64,000 bases of DNA from Eledone cirrhosa. Taxonomy: Eukaryota. Of the stretch, positions 1 through 13,285 are shown one piece after another (position 1 is the stretch's first letter; the number at the start of each line of letters is the position of its first letter). Made by a program: the position numbers and the translations under genes. The DNA is taken from positions 90,644,001-90,708,000 of the forward strand of contig OZ024747.1 of NCBI GenBank assembly GCA_964016885.1, written 5' to 3'. The notes under the pieces were generated by a model that was not told the DNA's origin, did no database searches, and saw only the letters and a program-made list of their open reading frames with translations.

Positions 1-219
1 TAGCAATGAACTGAGTGTTACTAGGAGAGAGAGAGAGGGTGAGGGGTGAGGTGGGGGTAGGGTGGGGGTGGGACACCTCACCAGATTTTTCCACAAAGTA
101 ATTTGCTTTAATCAAAGTCATATAAATGTCAGTTAATTACAAGATACATTAGTAACATGCTATTTGTTTATTTTATTCGGCATGTTATCAGGGCAGATTT
201 ACAAACCACATTCATGAGT

Positions 220-222
<3 letters not shown>

Positions 223-254
<32 letters not shown>

Positions 255-583
255 TGGGCGGACACACGGACGCATAGACATACACGAGCAGACGCATGGA
301 CACATATACACATATGCGCGAACACACGGACACACACATACACACGCACACACACACACATGGGCAGACATACGGACACATACACACACATGAGAGGGCA
401 CATCGACACATACACATGGACCCATACATATACACACACACATACACATGGGCAGACACACGGACACATACACACATATGGGTGGACATACGGACACATA
501 CACGTATACACATGGGTGGACATATGGACACATACACATATACACACACATGGGCAGACACACAGACACTACATACATACACA
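223..583. repeat. CA-rich compound micro/minisatellite
   Basis: (CA)n interspersed with recurring ACATGGGCAGACAYACGGACAC motifs; source of the His/Thr and Cys/Val ORFs. Confidence 0.9.
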
Positions 584-707
584 GTCTAACACATGTAGAG
601 ACACGTGCACGTGCCATTATACACCCTCACAAAACATGCGACCAGGCAAAATGTACTTGTTTGACATTTCAGAAGGGTCAAGTAAGAATGATGCTTTCTA
701 GAGATGA

Positions 708-1665
708 TGTATACAGCATGGTATCATTGATTTAGTACTATTTCGTACTGATATCTCACTGGTATGTATTAGCATTGTATACAGCATGGTATCATTGATT
801 TAGTACTATTTCGTACTGATATCTCACTGGTATGTATTAGTAATTGTATACAGCACGGTATCATTGCTTTCAGTACTATTTTGTACTGATATCTCACTGG
901 TATGTATTAGTATTGTATAGAGCATGGTATCATAGCATTCAGTACTATTTTGTACTGATATCTCACTGGTATGTATTAGCATTGTATATAGCATGGTATC
1001 ATAGCATTCAGTACTATTTTGTACTGATATCTCACTGGTATGTATTAGTAATTGTATACAGCACGGTATCATTGCTTTCAGTACTATTTTGTACTGATAT
1101 CTCACTGGTATGTATTAGTATTGTATAGAGCATGGTATCATAGCATTCAGTACTATTTTGTACTGATATCTCACTGGTATGTATTAGCATTGTATATAGC
1201 ATGGTATCATAGCATTCAGTACTATTTTGTACTGATATCTCACTGGTATGTATTAGTAATTGTATACAGCACGGTATCATTGCTTTCAGTACTATTTTGT
1301 ACTGATATCTCACTGGTATGTATTAGTATTGTATAGAGCATGGTATCATAGCATTCAGTACTATTTTGTACTGATATCTCACTGGTATGTATTAGCATTG
1401 TATATAGCATGGTATCATAGCATTCAGTACTATTTTGTACTGATATCTCACTGGTATGTATTAGTATTGTATAGAGCATGGTATCATAGCATTCAGTACT
1501 ATTTTGTACTGATATCTCACTGGTATGTATTAGCATTGTATATAGCATGGTATCATAGCATTCAGTACTATTTTGTACTGATATCTCACTGGTATGTATT
1601 AGCATTGTATACAGCACGGTATCATTGCATTCAGTACTATTTTGTACTGATATCTCACTGGTATG
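708..1665. repeat. ~69-bp tandem repeat, ~14 copies, with 208-bp (70+69+69) higher-order period
   Basis: ATCTCACTGGTATG recurs at 753, 821, 891, 960, 1029...; ORFs at 824/1032/1240 repeat every 208 bp. Confidence 0.95.
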
Positions 1666-1737
1666 AATGTGTATTGAAAACCCTTGATGTATGCATCTAT
1701 ATGTATGTGTATGTATGCATTTGTGTGTCTGTGTGGT

Positions 1738-2043
1738 ATGTATGGTCCCGTAACTCCTGATGGAGCCGCAGTGGTGCCGTATTGATGTATAGTGTTTCTT
1801 GGGCATTTTTTTAAAGCCTGGCAGAGCCCATCCCTCTCCAGGCCTGAGTGCAGCAGATTTCTTCCAGAGAAAGATAGAAAGTGAGAGAGAGGGAATAAGA
1901 AAGAGATATAGGGGAAGAATCCACCCCAGTACTAGACTGGTACTTTTTTATCGACCTAGAAAGGATGAAAGGCGAAGTTGACCTCGGGGAGCAGAGAACC
2001 GGAACAAATACCATAAAGCGTTCTATCTGCCAATTCACCGCCT
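1738..2043 (-). mobile_element. tRNA-derived Meta-domain-like SINE, variant with long (CCATA)-ending tail
   Basis: GGATGAAAGGCGAAGTTGACCTCGG core and TGCCAATTCACCGCC head, plus tail shared with 7695-7968. Confidence 0.7.
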
Positions 2044-2052
2044 GTGTGGTAT

Positions 2053-2180
2053 GATGATCATCATTACCGTTTTACATCCATTCTTCCACACTAGCATGGG
2101 TTAGATGGGTTGTCCTGTTGTGGGCAATGCCACGTCAGGTGACCATGTCTTGCTCATACAGAACTGATTTGAGCAAGACT
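2053..2180 (-). mobile_element. RTE-tailed short retroelement 3' end
   Basis: (CAT)n followed by TTTTACATCCATTCTTCCACACTAGCATGGGTTAGA; same end at 12938, 39340, 46546 and 62885. Confidence 0.7.
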
Positions 2181-2940
2181 TACATATACTAACATCCATA
2201 CACACTAATTAACTCTTACCATTCTGTATGCTGGTTTGTTAATTCAAATGTGTAGAGTATCTTTATGAGTGGACAGATCATTGTGAAATTTTCTTGTATT
2301 AGAATAAAGACTGATATTTAATGTGATACAATGTTAGTGCTGTTTTGTATTTATCTAGAATGTCTTACTAATGTAGTTTCATGTGGTACAGGATGTTAAG
2401 TGTTGAAAAGATACATAATACCTAACCACTGAAAAAAAGATGAATATTTAATGTATAAAAGAGTTCTAAAGGTGGTTAAGTTATGTAAATTAGTTTATAG
2501 CAAGCAGAAACTCTTTTAAGATTACTAAACAGATGTTTCTCAGAAGAAAGTGTCTGAAAATTAATGTAACAACAAATTATTTATATAGATCTGATAATAA
2601 ATGAGAAACAGTGATATAATAAAAACATGTAATAATAAGTCTAAGACAGGTTGTAGGCTTATGTAAGTTTAGATGTCATGGCAAGTAGAAAAATGCAACG
2701 TTTTTCAACAAGGTCCTTTGATCAGTTCCTTCATACTCTATATTTACTATTATATTTTCACAGTAAAGGCTTTACCTCATATAATATCGAATCTATGAGA
2801 TTTTGATATTATTTAGTTTGAGAACAATACCTTAACATCAGTATGGACAGCTCATTAATCAAAACATTATGTTTAGATGGCAAATATAAACTGACCCCAC
2901 CCACCCATCTTATCTACTTTTTGGTCACATTTGCTCACAG

Positions 2941-3014
2941 TAGTCAGAGATGAGGAGAGCCGGCGGGACGGAGGCAGTGACAGTGGGAGTTTGGTTCTTT
3001 TGTGTTCAGACCTG
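2941..3014 (+). CDS. candidate small coding exon (VRDEESRRDGGSDSGSLVLLCSDL)
   Basis: GC-richer unique island, pyrimidine-rich acceptor TTTGCTCACAG, weak donor CTG|GTATAT; no family recognised. Confidence 0.2.
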
Positions 3015-3015
3015 G

Positions 3016-3047
<32 letters not shown>

Positions 3048-3155
3048 AAAGAGAACGAGTCTAATTTCCTTGGCTTATATTTGAGTATATATGGTATACA
3101 TCTGCCTGCTCATCAGAGGTATGGTTGAGATATCGGGTGGTAAGAAGCAAGGTCA

Positions 3156-3615
3156 TCATCGAATCGTTAGACAGCTAGCAAAAAAGCACATATACCAGCA
3201 AGTCTGTTGTTTAGTGGATAAACTGTAACAGAAGTAACAACATTCAACTATATCCACTATGGGCCCTATAAGTTTCTTATCTATAGGGTCCACATGTCTT
3301 TTTTCTCTCAGATTAAAATGTCTTAATAAGACTGCTCCATCACAGGATATATAGACAAGCCTCTCCTTAATCCACATATCAACCCATGTGTATGTTAAAG
3401 TTTCATATTTTCTCTTTATATTAGCAATTTTTGCAACAGATACTGCTAATAATGCATATTCTTACACAATTGACACAACTCTTTACTCTTCAGTTAACAT
3501 CCAAACAAAGGAATCATTTAATGGCTACCTAGACATCTACCTCACACTCGACATGCATGACATCCATGAATAGAAACATCCAAGATATCCATCAATGAGG
3601 ACACGACAATTCTAA
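3156..3615 (-). pseudogene. possible degenerate hAT transposase remnant
   Basis: Broken frames give VLIDG..LDVS and RLVYISCDGAV..KKLIGPIVDIVEC, resembling hAT DDE motifs (DGxTD; xxDGA...CxxH). Confidence 0.35.
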
Positions 3616-3814
3616 TTTCCTTTAGTAACAGCAAAAGCCAGTCAATACAGAAATAAAAAAAAGCCTCATAAACCTATATTTCCTTACCTATGATCAACAA
3701 CAATTGTAAACTTTAAAGCTCTTACGTGTGAGAACAAACAACCTATGATATTGTTGTTGGTATTGTTGAACCCAAGGTGAGTAGGCCTATGATCAAAAGC
3801 CTTCTCATTACCAG

Positions 3815-4030
3815 GGTAGGGGATTGGCAGTATCAGTAGAGCATTGGCAACATGCTTCATTGTATAGTTATGTCCCTTTTCCTTCTAAGTTCAAATTCCG
3901 CCGAGGTTAGCTTTGCCTTCCATCTTTATGGGGTCGATAAAATAAAGTACCAGTAATGCACTGAGGTCGATTTAATCAAACTTTCCCCTCACCCAAATTG
4001 TTGGCCTTGTGCCAAGATCAGAAACCATTA
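3815..4030 (+). mobile_element. tRNA-derived SINE, Meta-domain-like
   Basis: A box TGGCAGTATCAGTAG, B box AGTTCAAATTCC, core GCCTTCCATCTTTATGGGGTCGATAAAATAAAGTACCAG. Confidence 0.85.
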
Positions 4031-4329
4031 TGAACCTTCTTTCCTTTCTCTAGACAGCGTGATTTGAGAGAGATGCAGCTGATATTTCTAGCAAGTCAAG
4101 AAACTACATAGAGGCTTTGTTGTTGTCTTAATAACTTTCTATAGCCTTCTCACATATATAACATTGCAAATACTGCATTGTAAAGACTGGCTTTCTTCCT
4201 TATGGCCAGAAAATACTTAAACTTTAATCAGTTACTAAACCTCTTCAAAGCAAACATGTAACCCATCAATTTTAGAAATACTCGTTCCATATCTGAGGTG
4301 CTGCAGATTACCATCTAAATACTATCTCA

Positions 4330-4532
4330 TCTTCCTCCTCCTCACCACCACCACCACCACCTCCATCACTGCCACCCGCCGCCACCATCACTGCCACCAC
4401 CACCACCATCACTGCCACTGTCACCAACACCACCACCTCCATCACCACCATCACCATCTCCATCACTGCCACTGTCACCATCACCATCACCACCACCTCC
4501 ATCACTACCACTGTCACCAACACCAGCACCAA
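4330..4532. repeat. (CAC/CAT)n low-complexity tract
   Basis: direct reading. Confidence 0.9.
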
Positions 4533-5376
4533 ATAGGCCATCCTACTGATTGATAAAAGATTCCTTCATAATTACACCAAGTAAACTGCTCACCAGATCT
4601 GTCCAAACACACCAGATGCAGCATCTGTTCATTATGATCTCACAATAAAGGTAAGATGAATAAGCTGTTCATGTATTATTGGGTGGTTGTGAATAAAAGG
4701 TAAGATAACTGACAACGAATCAATAGATATTAAAACAAGTATGCAAACAAAAACTAGTGTAGCGGGGGTAACTTATCTCTCTCGCTCTCTGTCGCTTTCT
4801 CTCTCTCTCTATCTCTGTCGCGTTCTCTCTCTCTTGTAGATTATCTCCCTCTGTCTCTATCTCTGTCGCGTTCTCTCTCTCTTGTAGCTTATCTCTCTCT
4901 CTCTCTCTCGTGAAACTAATACCAAATGAGCAAACAAGTGCAATGGGTAAATAAGATAACTTTGAAGGCTATAAATAAATAATATAAGTTGCTTAAGGTA
5001 GAAAAATGTCAACTGAAACTCATCCTAGTTAAAGGGGATTCAGTAATTTGAACAATAGCAAAACTATAAAATGAATGAATGAATCAGCTTTGACAGAGTA
5101 AAATAACATTAAATGTTATATGAGCAGCAGTAGTGGAGGCAGCTGGAAGTAGGATGTGGATGGGAGGCTGCTGCAAAGTGTTTTGTTGATAAACAGATCA
5201 AGTCTTCTCTGTAATGTTTGGAGAGATTAATTGTGAGAAGAGGTGCATCCATAAAGAGATGACACCCCACAGCTGTCTGTGTTAATGGCAGTTAAATACC
5301 AGAGTAGCTGCAGCTAGAGACAGCAACATATGTGTATTTATTATATGTATAGTTAGTATTTATATTGTGAGAGGTA

Positions 5377-5710
5377 TCACCATCACCATCAACACCACCA
5401 CCATCAACACCACCACCATCACCACTATCAACACCACCATCAACACCACTACCAACATCACCACCATCACCACTACCAACATCACCACCAACACCACCAC
5501 CAACACCACCACTACCAACATCACCATCAACACCACCACCATCACCACTACCAACACCACCATCACCACTACCAACATCACCATCAACACCACCACCATC
5601 ACCACTACCAACACCACCATCACCACTACCAACATCACCATCAACACCACCACCATCACCACTACCAACACCACCATCAGCACCACTACCACCACCACCA
5701 TCACTATCAT
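5377..5710. repeat. (CAC/CAT/CAA)n tract with internal ~57-bp duplications
   Basis: direct reading; source of Thr/Val/Gly ORFs. Confidence 0.9.
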
Positions 5711-5770
5711 TTAACGTTTCTTTGATGATTATGATGATGAAGTGACGTCTTTCACAATATGAGTACACAT

Positions 5771-5815
<45 letters not shown>

Positions 5816-6317
5816 TATACACATACACACAGACAGATAAATACATATATTGTTGTCTATAACTGCCACTACCCTATGGATATATATTCAATTTTGTATC
5901 TTTTCATGTATGTATGTATGCATACATACATACATGCATACATACATATGCACGCATGCATACACACATACATACATGCATGCATGCACACATGTATGTA
6001 TGTCTAAAGAAGTTTGTCTCTACAAAAAAATAAATATATTCTAATAGACACTATGCTTGCTTGTGTGTGGATGTGTATGAGAGAGAATGTGTGTGTGTGT
6101 GTGAGAGCATGTGTATGAGTGAGAGAGAGGATGTATGTGTATGTGAGAGAGTGTGTGTGTGTGTGTATGTGAGGGAGAGAATGTGTGTGGTATATGTAAG
6201 AAAATAACAATGAGATCATATGTAACAAGACATAGCTGCCAGAGTGGAACGACATCATAATGACACGAGGGGAAGGGGCAACACCTAGTATCGATCCAAG
6301 CTGTAGTCTAGTGTTGA

Positions 6318-6490
6318 TAACCACCACAATCACCACCCTGACAAACACTACCAACACCACCACAATCACTACCATCAGCACCACCACCACCATCACAACC
6401 ACTACCAACACCACTGCAATCATCACCACCACCACCACCACAAACACCACCATCACCACAATCACCACCACCACCACCACCAACACAACA
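6318..6490. repeat. (CAC)n low-complexity tract
   Basis: direct reading. Confidence 0.9.
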
Positions 6491-7039
6491 TTAATAAGCT
6501 GGGGCCCATTATCCAAGACCTGAGAGTACATTAAATCCTCCTATCATAATTTAAGAAAGTTTGGTTAAGTAATGTTCCGAATATCAGCTTACCATTGAGA
6601 AGATTATTTGATAAAAGTCTTCCAATTTAAAAAAAAATTATTTTGAAAATTATTTGAAATATGCAAGCAATGTATTTCATTTGAAATATGGTAAAACGCA
6701 TGTCAACATGGAAAACGACATGATGATGATGATGATGATAAATATACGCATGCATGTAAAAAAAAAAAAAAGGACAGGAAAAGAAAATGTAAAAAAAGAG
6801 AAAGTATTTCTATTTCTATCAAATGTTATCTACGTACATATCTAGTATATAGAATTACAGACCCTGTTGTTTAATCAGTCATATCTGTATCACTAAGCTA
6901 TTTAAACACTCACACATTAGACCTAACAAAGGGAGACTCACAGTGGTCACTCGAGCTGCTAGAAATATGCAGCCAAATTCCCTCAATTCACACCTTAAAA
7001 TCTAAAAATAGATAGGATGGAATGTTTTGGGCCACAGGT

Positions 7040-7233
7040 TAATAATTGTTTCTACTTTTGGCACAAGGCCAGCAATTATCCCAGTGTATTACTGGTACTT
7101 TATTTTATCGAACCCATAAGGATGAAAGGCAAAGTTAACCTCGGCGGGATTTGAACTCAGAATGTAGAGGGCCATAACTCTATGGTGTAAAGCATGGTGT
7201 CTGATGCTCTACCGATGCTGTCAATTCACAGCC
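7040..7233 (-). mobile_element. tRNA-derived SINE, Meta-domain-like
   Basis: Reverse complement of the 17452-17642 type copy. Confidence 0.85.
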
Positions 7234-7362
7234 ACAGGTTTATAATGACAACAGAAACAAAGATGCTAGCTGCATACATAACATATGTGGTTTTATTAAT
7301 ATCTTACTAATAAAATACACTGCCTATGATTTTCAAATAACTTTCAAAATAATAAAAATTTT

Positions 7363-7612
7363 AGATCACAGCTTCGATATAATCAGTATGTGGTTAGAAT
7401 CTCCCCGGAAAGAATTGCTGGTCAGATTTTACAGGCGAAACCAACTTGCAGGAGACCCAGGGTTAGACCCTGAGCAAGATGGTTAGAGGACATCCATGAG
7501 CTTGGCGATTCAGCTGGATCGGTTGGAGACGGTTTCTTCTGACAGGACCCACTGGTAGGTGTGTTTGCAGACTCTGCTCCCCATGATCCTCCCAGAAGTA
7601 AGTGAAAGAAGA
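7363..7612 (+). mobile_element. RTE-clade LINE 3' fragment (family 2)
   Basis: Homologous to 19696-20005 and 57475-57765; encodes KPTCRRPRVRP-like C-terminal motif. Confidence 0.7.
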
Positions 7613-7694
7613 CAAAAAATTTTAAGGAATTCAATAAAATTTTTCCTACTAAACAAATATTTTGATACGCAGGTTCATAGTTAAAATTGGTATA

Positions 7695-7968
7695 GTATGG
7701 TATGGTCCTGTAACTCCTGATGGAGTCGTAGAGGTTCCGTAGTAGCATACTTGGGCATTTAAAACCTGGTGGAGTCCATCCCTCTCCAGGTGTGAGCACA
7801 GCAGATTTCTTCGAGAGAAGACGACTGGTAATTTTTCTTATCAACCTCGAAAGGATGAACAGCAAAGTTGATCTTGGTGGGATTTGAACTCAGAGAGAAG
7901 ATAGTCAGAATGAATACTGTAAAGCATTCTATCTACTGTTCTAAAATCTCTGCCAATTCACTGCCCTT
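7695..7968 (-). mobile_element. Meta-domain-like SINE with (CCATA)-ending tail
   Basis: Same head, core and tail as 1738-2043. Confidence 0.7.
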
Positions 7969-8374
7969 TTGTATTGTGGGGTGATTTCATACACTTTCGT
8001 ATCAAAAGGGTTAAGTACATGCTTTTAATAAATGACATGTAAAAAGCAGGTTATAATGAGTGTTGATAGCAGGGGACTTTGCATATTATTATAACATTTG
8101 AGATAAAAGATTAGCAAGTATAGATATTTTTGAGTAGCCAAATATGTTTTATATTTCTTCAGACTTTGGAACTTCATTGAGAATTGTTTAATCAGTGTAT
8201 TGTAGTGGTTAGTTGTGATTAGATATCAAGAACAGTGACTACAGCTAAACTAAACTTCATCTCCAAGACAAATCTGAACCCATTATATTTCATGAACTTC
8301 TGTCTAAGTTATTGATTAGGTCAAATCATTTTATTAGAACCTTCTATTCTTTTGTTATTGTTGATATGATAATA

Positions 8375-8630
8375 CTGGTGTTGATGACGATAGTGATGGT
8401 GGTGTTGGTGATGATGGTGGTGTTGGTGGTGTTGATGATGAGGGTGTTGCTATTGGTGATGGTGGTGGTGGTGTTGATGATGATGGTGGTGTTGGTGATG
8501 ATGGTGTTGGTGATGATGGTGGTGGTGTTGATGATGGTGGTGGTGTTGATGATGATGGTGGTGTTGATAATAGTGGTGGTGTTGGTGATAATGTTGATAA
8601 TAGTGGTAGTGTTGGTGATAATAGTGATAG

Positions 8631-8661
<31 letters not shown>

Positions 8662-8662
8662 A
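8375..8662. repeat. (GGT/GAT)n tract
   Basis: direct reading. Confidence 0.9.
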
Positions 8663-10216
8663 GCATTGTTCATGTTTTCCCAAGCCTTGTGTGATGTTTT
8701 CTAACATTATCACAGCAAACCATGAATCTAGCAGTCACTGTCTTCCTCTACAGGGGTATTTGACCGTCTAAGAACAGCTGCCACATCTCCCTTAAATTCT
8801 ACTCAACCTTCTTAAGAAAGAGAGGACACATTGAACCATGTAGTCCTTGATACATTTTATGTGAATGTTGATGGATGTAACCCCTCCAATCATAAGTCTT
8901 CTCAATCAGAGTTGACCAGGAGAGAAATCACAACCATCAATTGATATATTAGTTATGAAAAATCAATTTTTGGTTGAGATTTATTATTTTCTCATCATCA
9001 TTGTTTTCATGTCTGATTTTCATGCTAGCATGGTTTGGACGGGCTGTTACGTACTGTAGTCAGGTGACCATGTCTTGCTCACACATTACATATTTGGCAT
9101 GGTTTCTACAGTTGGATGCCCTTCCTAACATCAACTACCTTACAGAGTGTACTGAGTGTGTCTTTTCATGGTACCAGTGCTACCACTTAACAGAATGAAC
9201 TGGGTGCATTTTTCGTAGCACCATGATAAAAAGCACCCATCCCACCCTGTGAGATGATAGTGCTACAATCAAATATTCCCATGGCATGCTGTAAAGAGGG
9301 TGACATTAGGTAGGGAAGCCTGCTGGAGAAATGAAGCCCTGAACAATGGAATGTGTGAAGAAAATATAGTCTACTAAATGGTCTTAACCTCAGAACTTGA
9401 CAATCCAACCAACTAACCCATGCAAGCATGTAAAACCTATGTTAATGGTCCTAACCTCAGAACATGACAACCTGACCAACTAACCCATGCAACCATGTAA
9501 AACAATATGTTAAATGATGATGATCATGAGAATAATTTGCCAATATCAGAACCACACAGATTAAATTATATATGGCCTTCATTTCCTATGAATCTGATGA
9601 AATCATAATTTATATAGACAATAATTTGACTAGTTATTAGAAATACTTCTGATAACTGAGAACCTGAAAGGGTTACAACTACCAACTGACTTTAAAATTA
9701 CTCAGAAGTAAAAGAAAGAGTATGACAGAGAATAATGTTATACACTGAAAAATACAGTCGATATAAATATATGACATGTGTAACATGTGTAAAAGTGTAG
9801 GTGATTCTTTAAATCCGCCAAGTCTAAAATTGCCTGCAGCACCCAGTATGACATAAACAGGAAAATTACAAGAAAATATCACAGCAATACCCAGACATTC
9901 AAATGTACTTTGTGTCCTTTGCCTTTACTGTAAGTCATTAAGAACAAGATATAGAGACAAGTTTCAATTAATAGTAGTAGCAATAGTAATATCATTAGTA
10001 GTAGTAGTAACAGCAACACTAACAGCAGCCATTACTGGTGATGTAACCAACTGCTGATTAAGAATCTATAGACAATGGAACTGTCACTGAATGAATATCA
10101 CAATTGCATATTCAATAGAGTAAGCAAAAATATAATTGTCTCCTTTTCCTGATTAGACATTTCACAGAATCCATTTATTTCCATAGACATGTCTCTGAGT
10201 CGTGAAAATGCACGGT

Positions 10217-10890
10217 TTAACCCTTTCATTACTATATTTTCAATGAAAGACACTGCCTGTGTTTCAAGTAATTTTGAAAATAATGAAGAATTCGAAGGAA
10301 TTGACTGATATAATTTCCTCACTACTAAGTTAGTATTTGGAGCATAACTTAACCCTTAAGCATTGACATTATTCTATATTGGTGAATTGGCAGTATCGGT
10401 AGAGAGTCGAATGCTATGCTTTCTAGTATAGTTACATCCCTTTACAGTCTGAGTTCAAATCTCGTCGAGGTTAACTTTGCCTTTCATCTTTACGGGGTCG
10501 ATAAAATAAAGTACCAGTAATGTACTGGGTGATTGCTGGCCTTGTGCCAAAAGTAGATACAATTATTCTATATTTACTATTGTATTTTCACTGTAAAGCT
10601 TCACCTCACATAATTATCTCACATAATATTGAATATATGAGATTTTGATATTTATTTTGTGAACAATACCTTAACATCAGTATGAGCAGCCAGTTACAGA
10701 TGGTTCGAAAAGAAAGAGGCGAGAGAATTCTGGCTGGATATGGCCAGTTTAAATGCTAAAAAATTAAAGGTTCTTTCATTAAATTATGATATATGACAGC
10801 ATCTTTTTAGATAAATATAAGCACTTAAAAACAAACTATTTTGTATCAGAGAACCAGGGGGGTAATTTCAGGCAGTTTGGTTTTCTAAGC
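10217..10890 (+). mobile_element. nested stack: TTAA-MITE family A containing TTAA-MITE family B (10349-10767), which contains a SINE (10381-10561)
   Basis: TTAA-CCCTT termini; SINE flanked by 13-bp duplication ATTATTCTATATT (10368-10380 and 10562-10574). Confidence 0.75.
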
Positions 10891-11629
10891 AAGTGTGTTC
10901 ACACTAACATACCTTATTTGAGCTATTTAATGAGATTAGATTCTTATACAAAATGAATAATATTAATGGTGGAATTTATGTGAATATGAATTAAAACAAA
11001 TAAACTATACAAGCTGCTCAATTTAGGATTATTAATCACCAGGATTATAGAGGATTAAAAATTAAAATTAGTAGGAGGGATTTGATAAGTAAGAATTTCT
11101 TCATTTAAAGTAAAAGCAATGGCTATGATCTGTATTAAGTATTAAATTTCTTGTAGCAGATATTTGAGAAAACGAATTTAAATATAGTTGAAAAGAAGAT
11201 AGTCTAATACTAGGAATACACACAAGAATTCCACAAGAGACATAAATCGTAAGGAATTTAGGCACCCCACTGACTATTAAATACTCAAGGAATGTAAGTG
11301 ATAAATCAAAAAATAAAAATAAAAGCATTGACAGGGAATAAATATGATTGATGTTAAAATGTAAAATATTTGATAAAAAGAAACATTTCAAATTGTTTTC
11401 TAAGTTTATTGAATTATAAAGAATTTTAAATGAACTGATGGAAAGGTCAAACACAAAGAACATTTCTATGTGCAAGAGTCTTCAGTTTTTGTTCTGGTTC
11501 AAGATTTAGAACAATAACTGAGAAGTAGAATATGACAACCATATACCCCAAATGAAACTTTATGTCCAGAACTGAACTTCTATAAAGGTTAAGAAAAATA
11601 TTTAATGTATAAAACTGGTAAAAATACAA

Positions 11630-11670
<41 letters not shown>

Positions 11671-11784
11671 GTGTGTATATATATATTTATATATATATGT
11701 GTGTGTGTATATATTATATATATATATACAGATATATATGCATGAATTTAAGAAGATCCCACTTAAGGTTACTACAACTAATAA

Positions 11785-11997
11785 TAATGGTTTCTGACCT
11801 AGGCACAAGGCCAACAATTTTGGGGGAAGGGAAAGTTGAATAAATCGACCCCAGTACATTACTGGTGCTTTATTTTATAGACCTCGTAATGATGAAAGGC
11901 AAAGCTAACCTCAGTGGGTTTTGAACTCAGAACGTAAAGGGATGTAACTATGCTGTGAAGCATGGTGTCCGATGTTCTACCGACACTGCTAATCCTA
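11785..11997 (-). mobile_element. tRNA-derived SINE, Meta-domain-like
   Basis: Core, B box and A box on minus strand. Confidence 0.85.
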
Positions 11998-12151
11998 TAT
12001 GTCCCTTTATGGTGATTTCTTATGAATGAAACAGTCCTAGTCCTGTAGAATCTCATCTATATTAAAACTTTTATACTCTGCTATGTATTAAGTACCTTAA
12101 TTACTGTGGTTACCTCCGATTCAACCCGTAATAATGTACCTATATATATAT

Positions 12152-12330
12152 AGTGTAGGTGATACAGAACAAACACTATATTTTGTCATATCGCCAGCCT
12201 GAAGAGAAGATTGATAATGATGTCAAGTCCAGAGCTCCTATGGGTGACCCTGAGCCAATTTTCTGTGAAACACACGTAACAGGTTGATACACAATAAAAA
12301 TCTAATACATATGAACGAAACTTGCTCATT

Positions 12331-12338
<8 letters not shown>
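12152..12338 (+). mobile_element. TA-inserted PLE pLTR-like relic with degenerate hammerhead
   Basis: CTGAAGA (12199) ... GAAACACACGTA (12267); GAAGATTG/CAATTTTC stem; homologue at 42133-42287. Confidence 0.5.
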
Positions 12339-12376
<38 letters not shown>

Positions 12377-12937
12377 TAAATTCACACACACAGTTACTTC
12401 ATTTGCTAGAAAGTCATAAAATGAGTAAAATGAAGCTTTCAGAAGACTTATATCCTTTCACCTATGGCACCTTACAATTTATTCATTCAATATGCTGTTT
12501 CTGTTTTCTATTATAAAAAGAGTAAGCACAGAAACTTTAAATGAATCTGACTATAAATTTTCAAATCTATAACCACATTTCACTTCAAAATATTTTATTA
12601 AAACATAATTTATCAATACATTGAATATTTAACAAAAAAAAAAAAAGAAACATTAATGCTTATGAATCTACTTCTTTGTATGTATATATGAATACATATA
12701 TTACTACTACAGCTGTCACTTACACTCTTGATAATAGTTTTAAATGCCTGTAGCATCACAGACACTACCGTGATCTATCAACCATGACCCAGCTGAATAT
12801 CCAAGATGTAGCAGCTGGGGGTGAGTATTTCAGTACCAACCAAGGGATGAAAGGTAACACTGACATTGGCAGGATTTGAAATCAGAATGCATTCTATCCT
12901 ATTCAATGCCCTAATGCCAGCCAACTGATGCCCTATA

Positions 12938-13200
12938 TATCATCATCATCACCGTCCGTTCTTCCATGCTAGCATGGGTTAGACAGTTTGTCCTGCTGTG
13001 GGCAGTGTCCGGTCGGCTGACCTTGTCTTGCTCATACGGGAACTGATTCTCTCTTGATTTCTACAGCTGGATGCCCTTCCTAACACCAACCTCATTTACA
13101 GTGAGTGCTGGATGCCCTTTTCCCGTGGCGCCTACATGTCCACTTTACAGTGTGGGCCGGGTGCTTTTTTGCCATGGCACCTCCACGACCACTTTGCAGT
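12938..13200 (-). mobile_element. RTE-tailed short retroelement
   Basis: (CAT)n tail, CTACAGCTGGATGCCCTTCCTAAC motif and internal ~40-bp repeats. Confidence 0.75.
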
Positions 13201-13245
13201 GGGAGGGGGTGCGGGCATATTGTCTATATGCTTCAGCATAAAGAC

Positions 13246-13285
<40 letters not shown>

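Noticed and set aside
157-735. Multiple overlapping His/Thr- and Cys/Val-rich ORFs
   Set aside because: Translations of CA/TG repeats, open in most frames; the same applies to ORFs at 4.3, 5.3, 6.3, 8.3, 27.5, 45.1 and 62.1 kb
708-1665. CRISPR-like regular repeat
   Set aside because: No unique spacers, no cas genes, eukaryotic context
1757-1765. CTGATGGA as hammerhead core (also 7717)
   Set aside because: No stem II or GAAA partner; part of a SINE tail
10960-11620. Possible very old PLE RT/linker remnant (KSNGY.., PLTIKY)
   Set aside because: Too many stops and too few motifs to support
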